Source of the DNA: Magnetococcales bacterium
GTDB lineage: Bacteria > Pseudomonadota > Magnetococcia > Magnetococcales > UBA8363
Direction: 5' to 3'
DNA length: 54,842 nt
Assembly: GCA_015232645.1 (NCBI GenBank)
Contig: JADFZF010000003.1
Span: 1 to 54,842, forward strand
Below, one piece after another: positions 1 through 9,617 of this stretch. Below the pieces are notes generated by a model, which saw only the letters and a list, made by a program, of their open reading frames with translations, was not told the DNA's origin and made no database searches. The position numbers and the translations under genes were made by a program. Every line of letters starts with the position of its first letter. Within the stretch, counting starts at the first letter, position 1.

Positions 1-359
1 TCGGCTGCAAGGGGGGGGAAGATTTCCTCCTTTGCGCCGGACAACGTTGCGCTCCCCTGCATGCGGCTGTTTGGGCGGCCCCCCCCCCCCCGGGATCCAC
101 ACCAGCCAACCGCTCCGATCGAATTTCGTAGTCATTGGACGATCCCATAACCTGCCTCCCCACTTTCATTATATTTCTTCTGCGACAGAAACGGCCAACG
201 CGGATCCGTTACATAAACGATCAATGCGTGTTATAATGACTCATGCTGAGGTGCATGCAAGCTTTTATCGATCGTCCCAGGACGAGACACGATGACCATC
301 CGCCATCAGGGATAGGACCTTGCGTCACCATCCATCAAGAAAAAAGCGAGGAGGTCGCA

Positions 360-1022
360 ATGCATACCAAAATGAAATTTCCATGGCTACTAATCGCTTT
401 GTGGGGCTTGTTGCTGATACCTGCCGCCCCTGTCCAGGCTGAAGAGATCACAACCCCTTGGATGGCGGCGGGATGGTGGCAATGGCATCCACAACAAGGG
501 TCTTATATTCTGGGACGGATTGGCACCCAACTCTATTTCGCCCCCCCCGATCAGGTGGTCTCCCCTCCCTCGACCCGGGAGGCCCCTTTGCCCCTGCAAC
601 AATCCAATACCATTCATAATCCCGTCCCGACCGAAAGCAATCTCTGCTCCAATCCTCCTCCCGGTGCGCTGGTCAATGACCGGGGATGTTGGATCATCGG
701 CAAGGTCCTGTTTGGCTTCGATCGGTCCAACGTCAGAAAAAAATACGGAACCGTCCTGAAGAAAGTCGTCGAGGTCATGCATAAGTATCCGGGAATGCGC
801 GTAGAGATCCAAGGTCACACCGATAGTATCGGTACCGAATCGTACAACGAAAAGTTATCCCTGCGTCGGGCGGAATCGGTCAAGCAATCGCTGATACACC
901 TGGGGATCGCTTCGCAACGATTGGCGGTTGTGGGATTCGGCGAGGGGCATCCCCTCAACGGCAACAAAACACCCAAGCAACGGGCCGCCAACCGGCGAGT
1001 GGAAATCATCCCCCAGGATTGA
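360..1022 (+). CDS. OmpA/Pal-like peptidoglycan-binding domain protein (secreted)
   Basis: Signal peptide (MKFPWLLIALWGLLLIPAAPVQA), Pro-rich linker, Cys pair C..PPGALVNDRGC, OmpA_C motifs GHTDSIG..YNEKLSLRRA and ANRRVEI. Start set at ATG 360 after GAGGAGG RBS; the ORF is open from 243. Confidence 0.9.
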   Translation: MHTKMKFPWLLIALWGLLLIPAAPVQAEEITTPWMAAGWWQWHPQQGSYILGRIGTQLYFAPPDQVVSPPSTREAPLPLQQSNTIHNPVPTESNLCSNPPPGALVNDRGCWIIGKVLFGFDRSNVRKKYGTVLKKVVEVMHKYPGMRVEIQGHTDSIGTESYNEKLSLRRAESVKQSLIHLGIASQRLAVVGFGEGHPLNGNKTPKQRAANRRVEIIPQD

Positions 1023-1036
1023 CGTTTCGCCGAAAA

Positions 1037-1114
1037 CAGTCGTGAGGGGTCAAGGCGACGGGTCCGGGAAGGGGTTGCCCCATCCCGGACCTGCCACAAC
1101 ATTTTTCACGACTG
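1037..1114. repeat. Nested intergenic inverted repeat / hairpin (REP-like)
   Basis: CAGTCGTGA (1037-1045) pairs with TCACGACTG (1106-1114); inner stems GGTCCGGGA...TCCCGGACC and GGGG-TTG-CCCC. Confidence 0.6.
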
Positions 1115-1290
1115 GACGATCGACCGGCAGTTTTTGTTAACTTTTACAACGATTATCTTCCAGGAGGCAGGCCTGGCACCCGCTGGGTCACCGGAGCCAA
1201 ACCACGAAGATGGCAGTCAGTACTTCTTCACCACAGACGAACACTTCCCCCCCCCATTCTCAAAAGAATGATACCCAGGGAGGTGTTGGC

Positions 1291-2577
1291 ATGGATCTCT
1301 TCACCTTAAAAATCGAGCGATGGGTCACTGGAGGTCGAGGTCTAGGCCACAAGGATGGTTTGGCCGTGTTTGTCCCCGGCTCCGTCCCCGGAGATCTGTT
1401 GCAAGTCCGCCTCACCAGCCGCCGCCGCAACCATGCTTCAGCCGCCATAGCCGCCATTGTGCAACCAGGACCGGGTCGGATCGTACCCCATTGTCCGCAT
1501 TTTGGCATCTGCGGCGGATGTCAACTACAACACATGGACGACACCCATCAGCTTCGCTTCAAAAAGGACGTCGTAACCGATACCCTCACCCGTATCGGTC
1601 GTTTCGGATCGGGTCTACCTGTGGCGGATGTCGGTCAGGTTTCGCCACGCTGGAACTATCGTCGCAAGGCTTCGTTCAAAGTCCGGGTGGTCCAGGATCG
1701 CACCTTACTGGGCTTTCACCAAACCGGATCGCATCGCGTGGTGGATATCGCTCATTGTCCCATTCTGCGGCCCGAATTGGCAGCCTTGATGGCCCCTTTA
1801 CGTTCTTTAATTACTAAACTTGCCATCCGCTCCCAAATTCCGCAATTGGATGTCATGATGGGGGACGCCGGCATCGGTTTGCTTATGCATGTCCTTGGTC
1901 CCTTGGCCGGAGCCGACCGCGAACGGTGCTTGGAGTTCGCCCAGGATCATCATCTGTCCCGGTTGGATCTTCAGCAGGGACGGAAAGATCGGCTGACTTC
2001 TCTGGTCCAGATGGGCCCGTTGGAATACCATCTGGAAGGGATGATCTGCAAATTTTTGCCAGCCGATTTTATTCAGGTGAATGGGGAAGGTAACGTCAAT
2101 CTGGTAGCCTTGGCCATGGCCTCGGTGGACCCGGGCGGAATGGCCTGGGACCTTTTTTCCGGCATTGGTAACTTTACCCTCCCCTTGGCGCGACGACACC
2201 GTAACGTCTTGGCTGTGGAGGGGCATCGGTCCTCCCTAGAACGGCTACGCCTCAACAGTCGCAGAGCCGGAATCGAATCCATCCACACCTTGCATGCCGA
2301 TTTGTTTTCGGAAGCGGGGGTGGAAGCGTTGGCCAAGCAATCAACCCCGGAATTGATCCTCATGGATCCACCCCGGGAGGGCGCTGCGGTCGTGTGCAGA
2401 AATATCGAACGTTACCAGCCACGGCGGCTAATCTACATTTCCTGTGATCCGGCGACATTCAGCCGAGACGCCGCCATTCTCCGCCATCTGGGTGGTCAAT
2501 TACGCCACGTCGCCCCTGTGGACCTGTTTCCGCAAACCTTTCATGTCGAACTCGTGGCCCAATTCGATTGGCAATAA
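1291..2577 (+). CDS. rlmD: 23S rRNA m5U1939 methyltransferase RlmD
   Basis: TRAM domain, Fe-S motif CPHFGICGGC, DLFSGIGNF SAM-binding motif, DPPR, catalytic YISCDPATFSRD, FPQTFHVE. ATG 1291 follows GGAGGT. Confidence 0.93.
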   Translation: MDLFTLKIERWVTGGRGLGHKDGLAVFVPGSVPGDLLQVRLTSRRRNHASAAIAAIVQPGPGRIVPHCPHFGICGGCQLQHMDDTHQLRFKKDVVTDTLTRIGRFGSGLPVADVGQVSPRWNYRRKASFKVRVVQDRTLLGFHQTGSHRVVDIAHCPILRPELAALMAPLRSLITKLAIRSQIPQLDVMMGDAGIGLLMHVLGPLAGADRERCLEFAQDHHLSRLDLQQGRKDRLTSLVQMGPLEYHLEGMICKFLPADFIQVNGEGNVNLVALAMASVDPGGMAWDLFSGIGNFTLPLARRHRNVLAVEGHRSSLERLRLNSRRAGIESIHTLHADLFSEAGVEALAKQSTPELILMDPPREGAAVVCRNIERYQPRRLIYISCDPATFSRDAAILRHLGGQLRHVAPVDLFPQTFHVELVAQFDWQ

Positions 2578-2714
2578 TTTTAGGCCTGATTTTTGCGACC
2601 ATTTCTTCCAGATAGCATAAAATGCAAAGAATGCCGATGCGATTACAGATGCTCAGCTCGGCATCTCGTGTTGGATCCAAAGGACTCTCTTCCGATTGCG
2701 GACCTCACGTCACT

Positions 2715-2921
2715 ATGAAGGAAATTCGCGTGCGCATTGTTGAACCAATTGGGCCACAGCTTCCCGTACCACCCTCCGGCAAGACGACCGATGGACCGAT
2801 TCAGCCCCAGCACAAAGGTGAAAACCTCTTTATTACCATTTTTCAAGAGGTGTCCAGCCGTTGGAACCGCAAGCCCGCCGTCCGGAGACCTTTCATCGGC
2901 CGCATAATTCGCAAGGGTTGA
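2715..2921 (+). CDS. Small hypothetical protein (68 aa)
   Basis: Only protein-like ORF (MKEIRVRIVEPIGP...ENLFITIFQEVSSRW) in a 500-bp gap; no recognised motif or clear RBS. Confidence 0.35.
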   Translation: MKEIRVRIVEPIGPQLPVPPSGKTTDGPIQPQHKGENLFITIFQEVSSRWNRKPAVRRPFIGRIIRKG

Positions 2922-3084
2922 TGCCTTCCCAATGGTTCCCCGCCTCCCTGCCGTCAGCTCGAATCGGTGCTCAAGTTTCGCCGCCGCTGTCGATTTCCCC
3001 CCCTACCGAAAGCCCGAAAGACTGGTATAATGTCAGGTTGTAACCCGATCTTGATCCGGTGCATGCAGTCTATCGGAACCGATA

Positions 3085-4032
3085 TTGAAAAAACGCGTCT
3101 ACAGCACCCTTTTCGCCGGCTTGTGCAACCGTCTGGAGGCCCTGCCCCTCTGTTTTGCCTTTCATGAATATTTCGGCCACGAGGTCATGCTCGATTGGCC
3201 GGAAGCCCATGACTTGCACATTGCTGGTGCCAGGTTTTGTTCCCTCAGACCCTGGATGAAACTGGGAGCGGTGCGATTTACTTCTCTGGATCCCGATGAG
3301 TTTGCCCGTTTGGGAAAATACCGCCTCCTGATGCAAAAAGGGCTGTTTGGCGGCATTCCCCATATCAACCGACGGCTTTACTTGGAAACAGGCCGACGTC
3401 TGCGCCTCAACCCCGGATTGATGGTCGCCTTGATGAAACAATTTGCCTCCGTGGCCGATGACGCCCTGATTGTCGGCGTTCACATCCGCAGAGGAGATTA
3501 TCGCCTCGGGTCCGATGCCGATATCTATGATCTCAGCAATCATATTCATTCCCTGGTGCCTCTCTGGTGGTATGAATACGCCATGGCCGTTGTGATGCAG
3601 CGCTACGGCAAGGTGATGTTCTACCTGTCGCATAACGGACTGACCGTGGACGAGGAAACCCGTCTGTGTCAAACCTTTCCCGTCATGCAGGCCCCCCGCG
3701 ACAACCCCTATCGACCCAAACGCCGGGGGCATCAGGCGGAGGCCAATCCGGTTCGGGATCTGTTTTCGCTCGCCTGTTGTCCCATCATTATCGGTTCTCC
3801 CATGTCCACCTTCACCCACTATCCCGCTCATGCCCTGGGACGTCCCACTTTGGTCATTCAGCCTCTGGCACGGACTCTCCGGATCGACCCTCGAATGGGG
3901 TACAGCCAATTATTCGGACAAAACATCCATGCCTGGATGGATACTCTATACAAAGGGACCCAGTTCCATGAGGTGACGACCCTCTCCGACCTCCCCGATG
4001 TCGATTACCTCCAGGCATTGGATTGGCTGTAA
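3085..4032 (+). CDS. Alpha-1,2-fucosyltransferase-like glycosyltransferase (GT11-like)
   Basis: N-terminal GLCNRL, the GDP-fucose-binding signature VGVHIRRGDY, and C-terminal DLFSLACC...STF. Confidence 0.75.
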   Translation: MKKRVYSTLFAGLCNRLEALPLCFAFHEYFGHEVMLDWPEAHDLHIAGARFCSLRPWMKLGAVRFTSLDPDEFARLGKYRLLMQKGLFGGIPHINRRLYLETGRRLRLNPGLMVALMKQFASVADDALIVGVHIRRGDYRLGSDADIYDLSNHIHSLVPLWWYEYAMAVVMQRYGKVMFYLSHNGLTVDEETRLCQTFPVMQAPRDNPYRPKRRGHQAEANPVRDLFSLACCPIIIGSPMSTFTHYPAHALGRPTLVIQPLARTLRIDPRMGYSQLFGQNIHAWMDTLYKGTQFHEVTTLSDLPDVDYLQALDWL

Positions 4033-4051
4033 CCTCTGGCATGGGAGAGCC

Positions 4052-5323
4052 ATGATGCATGCCTCAACGCCCCTGGGGAACCGATTTGATCGGCCACTAT
4101 GGAAATACGGGTTGACCATCGGCATGTTGGTCGCCACCGTGACCGCCTCCCTCTATCTGGCCAATGGTATCGCCTCTCTGTGGACACCGCCGTTTCCCGT
4201 ACTCGGGCTACATGGGGTCAAACCCGAGTTGGGGCTGCGGGGTTGGGGGCGGGTGTTATTGCTCGGCGAGGGACAAGGCTTTAATGATTGGGGCCAGAGG
4301 GATCGACCAAGGACACGTCGCCCCCCATCCCATACCCGACGCTTGGCTTTTGTAGGCGATTCTTTTGTCGAAGAATCGGCCCCCATCCCCGTCCCCATGG
4401 CTGTGGAGCGCCTGATGGGCCGCAAGGATGTGGAGGTGATCAACTTTGGTGTTTCCGCCACCGGAACCACCGACTATTACTATCGTATAAAAAATATCGT
4501 CATCCCGTTGGGGGCCAGTGATATTTATATGTTTTTCTATGAAGGTAACGATTTTGTTCCCGATAAGCATTCCACGCGTCTGGCCATCTTCACCACTTAT
4601 CCCAAGGATTCCCTCGCCTCGCGCCTGGGCTTACTTTCCTTGAATCATCTGGTCACCAATCGCCATCGCAATGTTTTACGCGTCTGGCAAGTGGATCAGG
4701 AAGAGTCTTTGAATGATCACGAACAGCGGATGATGCAGCGTCTTCAAACCATGGATGACGATGCCGCCCGTCATTTTTTACTCGACCTTTCAACATTCGC
4801 CGGTAGCAAACGGCAACTTCTGGCCGCCCTTCTCCAAAGGCCTGAAGCCTCCTCCCTGCTTGCCTCCTTGAGGCATCCGGACGGGGGGCTGTTTCGCAGT
4901 TACATGTTTGACGATCTATTTCGTCTGGCGGCAGGAGATGCCCTGAAAATCGACGCCTCGTCCCCGGAACAGATGTTGGCGCGGATCTATCCTGATATTC
5001 TTGCGATGAAACAGGTATGCGCTGCGGCCCAAGCCAGTTTTTCCGTGGTACTGGTGCCCATGGCCTTGCATGTGGATCCTCGATATATCGAGACATGGTC
5101 GTTGTTTGGTGATTTGGACCGCCTGGGAGGACGGCAGTACCAAGCGACAGAGCTTCTCAAAGCGTCATTGGCACGAGATGGAATTTTATTTCACGATCTG
5201 CGCCCCCTTTTGCACGGGGTGCGCGGCGCCTACCTGAACGTGGATGGTCATTGGTCACAACAAGGGGTAGACCTGGTGGCCGCGGACCTCACTCGGTTCA
5301 TCGCCACCACTCTGCCCCCATGA
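4052..5323 (+). CDS. Membrane-anchored SGNH/GDSL hydrolase-like protein (AlgX/AlgJ-type polysaccharide acetylation)
   Basis: N-terminal TM helix, block I GDSFVE, INFGVS, YEGND and C-terminal DGHW (DxH). Start uncertain; the ORF is open from 3998. Confidence 0.75.
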   Translation: MMHASTPLGNRFDRPLWKYGLTIGMLVATVTASLYLANGIASLWTPPFPVLGLHGVKPELGLRGWGRVLLLGEGQGFNDWGQRDRPRTRRPPSHTRRLAFVGDSFVEESAPIPVPMAVERLMGRKDVEVINFGVSATGTTDYYYRIKNIVIPLGASDIYMFFYEGNDFVPDKHSTRLAIFTTYPKDSLASRLGLLSLNHLVTNRHRNVLRVWQVDQEESLNDHEQRMMQRLQTMDDDAARHFLLDLSTFAGSKRQLLAALLQRPEASSLLASLRHPDGGLFRSYMFDDLFRLAAGDALKIDASSPEQMLARIYPDILAMKQVCAAAQASFSVVLVPMALHVDPRYIETWSLFGDLDRLGGRQYQATELLKASLARDGILFHDLRPLLHGVRGAYLNVDGHWSQQGVDLVAADLTRFIATTLPP

Positions 5324-5762
5324 GCTACCACCTCATTGCAGCGTTGAAGTTTCAAGGCACTTTGATTAATGTAATTTGTTCGCGTATCTTCACATTATGG
5401 CCCGCAATAGAGTGACTATTTATGTAGAACGCGGCTGATATGAACAAACATGCCTTGATCATCGTTTTAGCCTCATGATCGGCTCCAACCTTTCAGGACA
5501 TGGAGTCCCAACGGCTTCAGCACATCAGAGTCCGTTCCTTATGAATATTTTTAACCCAAATGGCCGAAGCGATGATCAGGCTGCGGCAGGACGAACCGAA
5601 TCATAGGTGGACGATACATGAGCTTCCGAGCAACCAAACGCCACAAACATTAAATACTTTATATTTTTTTAAGTCAACTATGGCAATGCTGCCCAAAATG
5701 AGGGGAAACGAAATCTTCCCTCTCCCTGTTCGCAATATTTACTTCTTGGAGTTGATGCTTAA

Positions 5763-6935
5763 ATGCGCATTTATTTCTATCACCCCATAGAATTCAACTT
5801 CCATTCTGGAATTACTCTAGGTGTCATTCGTGATTATACCTCTTTAGCGAAAAACAATCACGAAATATATCTTTATGGAACTTATTCCGATGATAATGGC
5901 TTTGCTGAGATCGTTGACTTTATCGGCGATGCTCCGGTACGCCTGATGGTACGCAGGGGTAGTCTCAAACAGTGGCGTAGTTTGTTGAAACTTTTTTTCC
6001 TTTGGAAAGTCCTCACTGACCGCCAACCAGGAAAGGTATTCGTAACCAGGCACCTGAATAAGGCTTGCGATCTGCTCTGGTTGCGCCCATTTCTAGGACG
6101 TAACTGCATCACGGTCTATGAAGCTCACGAAGACGCTTTTCCTCATATGACTTCAGACAAACCAATCACTATAATTAACAGAATTAAAAATAAAACTGAA
6201 AAAGTATTTAAAGTCCTTGACGGGATTATCTTGAATAACAAATCGCAGGATGTCGCCTTGAAAAATGAATTCACATCCTATCCAAATACCATCATTATTC
6301 CAAGCGGGGTGGAGATAGAGCGCTTTGCCCGAGCCATTTCTATACCCTATCACACGGATGGCCCATTCATCATTACCTACACAGGGCAATTTACCGCATG
6401 GAAAAATGTGGAGATGCTCTTTGCTGCGGTCGGACAGTTAGACCAACGTTACCGACTGCGTATCGCCGGTGGCAAGAGCGGTCTGAGCGGTTATACCGAA
6501 ACCTTGGAGTATCTCAAAAGAATGGAGGACATGTATGGTTTGCAGGGCAGAATCGACTTTCGTGGCTTTGTTCAGCCTACACGATTGGTGGATGAGGTGC
6601 TTCATGGTTCCTCGGTGTTGGCGATACCTTTAGGCGACAACCTACGATCCCGCTACTTGACATCGCCGCTCAAGCTTTTTGAAGCGATGGCTACCTCGAT
6701 ACCTGTTGTGGCCGTGGATTTTCCAAGTATCAACTTAATCACTGGCCGGAATACTGTTTTCCTGTGCCAACCCAATGCGGAGGATTTTGCGCGCGCTATC
6801 CAAGAGGCGGTCCATACCCCAGACCGACTGGAACGTTGCCGCAGAATGAATGAAATAGTGCTCCAGTATTCACACATCGCTCGTGCTGAACATTATCACC
6901 GGTGGTTGACCAAAACTTTGAACAAACAAGAGTAA
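5763..6935 (+). CDS. Glycosyltransferase family 4
   Basis: GT-B fold motifs YEAH, YTGQF..WKNVE, SPLKLFEAMATSIPVV. Confidence 0.9.
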   Translation: MRIYFYHPIEFNFHSGITLGVIRDYTSLAKNNHEIYLYGTYSDDNGFAEIVDFIGDAPVRLMVRRGSLKQWRSLLKLFFLWKVLTDRQPGKVFVTRHLNKACDLLWLRPFLGRNCITVYEAHEDAFPHMTSDKPITIINRIKNKTEKVFKVLDGIILNNKSQDVALKNEFTSYPNTIIIPSGVEIERFARAISIPYHTDGPFIITYTGQFTAWKNVEMLFAAVGQLDQRYRLRIAGGKSGLSGYTETLEYLKRMEDMYGLQGRIDFRGFVQPTRLVDEVLHGSSVLAIPLGDNLRSRYLTSPLKLFEAMATSIPVVAVDFPSINLITGRNTVFLCQPNAEDFARAIQEAVHTPDRLERCRRMNEIVLQYSHIARAEHYHRWLTKTLNKQE

Positions 6936-7253
6936 TTATTTAATCTGGACGGTACCGAGATTGCGCCGATGAAGACACAAGCAGCTTGAGACCGCGCCAA
7001 ACCCCGTATGCTGGTTCAGCGTGAATGCAGACAAACGATTCTTGAAAACAAACTACTCTCTGGTCAACCTTCGGCAACGCTGCAGGCCTCAGGCAGTGTT
7101 TGATCAGGCATCTTGGCTCGATTGTCCGTTGCGGGATGACGGGGAGGTTTTCACCTGTTGCATCAATCACCGCCTCAATGAGCCCAGCCAAGGTTGTTCT
7201 GCCCCCCCTTCAGGCCCCATACCGCGCACCGGGCAGATTCCATCCGTCCAGAA

Positions 7254-8123
7254 TCAGGATGATCGTCCCATAATTAGGGTGACCCACGGCGCTTTAAGTA
7301 TTATTTTTTCACTCAACATACCGCGTTGCGCGTAGACCGATTCGACTTCCCGTTGTTGATGGTCCAAGAGTCCAGAGAGAATCAGGTGCCCCCCGTAAGA
7401 GAGTTGTTTGACTAATTCGCCGGCATTCTCCAACAGTACCCCTGCCAGAATGTTGGCAACGATGGTGGCGAATGGCCCTTGCGGCACTTCATGGGATAAT
7501 ACCGTTTCTATACCATCGATTCGGTTGAATCGACAGTTGTCCTGGCAGGTGGCTATGGCTTGTGGATCCAGATCGCAGGCTGTAATCGGGGCAGCCTTGA
7601 GCAACGCCGCTCCCATGGCCAAAATCCCCGAACCGCAGCCCATGTCAAGGAAGGCCCCCAACGGGCCCCTGGCATGGATCCACTCCATGGCTTCCAGACA
7701 TCCCGAAGTCGTCTCGTGGGAACCCGATCCAAACGCCAACCCCGGATCAATACTCAAAACCTTGCGGGTCGTAACTTCGTTGGGCCACCATGACGGACGA
7801 ATCAAAAAACTCTGCCCAACCTCGATCGGTTTCCAATCTTTTTTCCAGGCCTCCGCCCAATCCTGATCGGGAAGACGGTGCCAACGTATCCCTTCGGTGG
7901 TCACGGTCAATCGATGGGCGGCTAACCGAACGATGAGGTTCGACTGCACCATGTCGCATGGAGTATCATCGGGAAAATATCCCTTGACCCAAATCCGCGT
8001 CTGATTTTCTGGAAGCCATTCCATGGCGTATCCCAGAGAACCAGCTTCATTCAAAACCTCTCCATAGGTTTCCTCGCTCCCCTCGGGGGCCAACAATTGC
8101 ACTTCCCAAACCATGACAATCAT
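7254..8123 (-). CDS. prmA: Ribosomal protein L11 methyltransferase
   Basis: DWAEAWK, IDPGLAFGSGSHETT, LDMGCGSGILA, ANILA, LILSG motifs. Confidence 0.95.
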   Translation of the reverse strand: MIVMVWEVQLLAPEGSEETYGEVLNEAGSLGYAMEWLPENQTRIWVKGYFPDDTPCDMVQSNLIVRLAAHRLTVTTEGIRWHRLPDQDWAEAWKKDWKPIEVGQSFLIRPSWWPNEVTTRKVLSIDPGLAFGSGSHETTSGCLEAMEWIHARGPLGAFLDMGCGSGILAMGAALLKAAPITACDLDPQAIATCQDNCRFNRIDGIETVLSHEVPQGPFATIVANILAGVLLENAGELVKQLSYGGHLILSGLLDHQQREVESVYAQRGMLSEKIILKAPWVTLIMGRSS

Positions 8124-8322
8124 TTATCCTTTCGACGGTGGTAATGGTTTCCGGCCTGCGTGAGGAGGTTGTCATTCCGGATGGGGGGAATAATAATCTT
8201 GAAAAATGAAACATAAGTCCCAAACCTCTCACCCATCTGAACGCTACCTGAAATCACATTTCCTTCCTGCAATCAAATATCGCATCCACGGCAAGAGACG
8301 TCACTTTTTCGCGTCATAAACA

Positions 8323-8351
8323 TTGACAACCGCATCCGGTATCAGTACAAG
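8323..8351 (+). promoter_or_regulatory. Putative sigma70 promoter of tRNA-Phe
   Basis: TTGACA (8323-8328), 17-bp spacer, TACAAG (8346-8351), about 38 bp upstream of the tRNA. Confidence 0.55.
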
Positions 8352-8388
8352 GTAACCACTGAGTTGGCTGTTTCTCCTCGCGTCAAAT

Positions 8389-8464
<76 letters not shown>

Positions 8465-8684
8465 CATGATCCTTGCGTAACGACACCAAACAATCCTCAG
8501 AAGATTCTGCAAACGCAACGCCACATCTCCCCTCGTTGGTCCAATCACATTCGAAAAAATTCTCGACTTTCTTGAAAACAAACTCAAACAGCACCAAATG
8601 ATATTGAAAGAAACGCGGGAACTCGAAAGCGACTCCCTCTCCGAAGCACTCTGACACAACAGCGGTCATCGTGACCATTGCGGT

Positions 8685-8969
8685 TCAGTGCTTCATTTTG
8701 TTTACCGGTTCTCTTGAAGGAGGACGTTCCAAATTGTCTGGAGGCTGTTGAACGGTGGTCAGGCGGTAGAAACTGATGCTGGCAAATGTCAACACCAGGA
8801 CGATCAGGAAAACTCGCCCGTTCCAGGTTTGCAGCCAAGGGACGGGAGCAGAATCACGCACGATTTTTGTGGGTGGAAAAAAGTTTCGCCATAACAGGCG
8901 GATGCCAATAACAAAGGCGGAGATTACCACGGCCGCAAAAAGGGAAGTTAAAAACAATCTCACGAGCAA
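8685..8969 (-). CDS. Small two-TM membrane protein
   Basis: Two hydrophobic helices; the start overlaps the end of the Nudix gene, with a GGAG RBS. Confidence 0.65.
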   Translation of the reverse strand: MLVRLFLTSLFAAVVISAFVIGIRLLWRNFFPPTKIVRDSAPVPWLQTWNGRVFLIVLVLTFASISFYRLTTVQQPPDNLERPPSREPVNKMKH

Positions 8970-9547
8970 CTGTCTCCCCGGAGGAAAAGCATGAACCGAT
9001 TAAGAATCCGTGCCGTCGCCCCCCAAATGATGTGTGGTCCAAAGTGATAGCTGTCCGGGTTGCCCGGTTGGCGTAAAAAGAAATCCAGAGGGACAGTGAT
9101 CACCCCGGCGACCTCGCGCGGCTCTGGCTGAACATGAATGGCTTCCGGCATCAAGCCGACAAAGGGGTGAATGATAAACCCAGTGGCATTGGTCTGAACA
9201 CTTGGCAGGGCACCCAAAATTTGCAGAGGGCGCGCTTGTGGTCCCAACTCTTCCGTTGTTTCCCGCAGAGCGGTCTGCAGCAGGGTCGCATCGTCATGAT
9301 CCCAACGACCGCCCGGAAAGGCGATTTGACCCTTATGATGACGCACGGTTTCGGAACGACGAATGAAGAGGATATGTCCGTTATCGCGGTATTCACTTTC
9401 CTTCGCTACGGTCACCACTGGGAAAATAAGGGGAACCAACACCGCTGCTACAATACAGCCAGATTCAATCGGACCGGTTGGCCGATCCAGAGGAGGGAGT
9501 GGGAGAATGCGTTGAGAAACAATGTCGGGGGTGACCATGGAATCCAA
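8960..9547 (-). CDS. Nudix hydrolase, CoA pyrophosphatase (NudL/Pcd1-like)
   Basis: AAVLVPL, NuCoA motif RRSETVRHHKGQIAFPGG, Nudix box ALRETTEELG, IWGATARIL. Confidence 0.92.
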   Translation of the reverse strand: MDSMVTPDIVSQRILPLPPLDRPTGPIESGCIVAAVLVPLIFPVVTVAKESEYRDNGHILFIRRSETVRHHKGQIAFPGGRWDHDDATLLQTALRETTEELGPQARPLQILGALPSVQTNATGFIIHPFVGLMPEAIHVQPEPREVAGVITVPLDFFLRQPGNPDSYHFGPHIIWGATARILNRFMLFLRGDSCS

Positions 9548-9617
9548 TCTTGATGAACGCCTTCATTCTTCTTAGATTATCATCCCCTTGCGTCCATGAC
9601 CTAGCTTGCAGATGAAC

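Noticed and set aside
2640-2830. Minus-strand GGGGCTGA start resembling tmRNA
   Set aside because: No T-arm/CCA end or tag reading frame could be identified.
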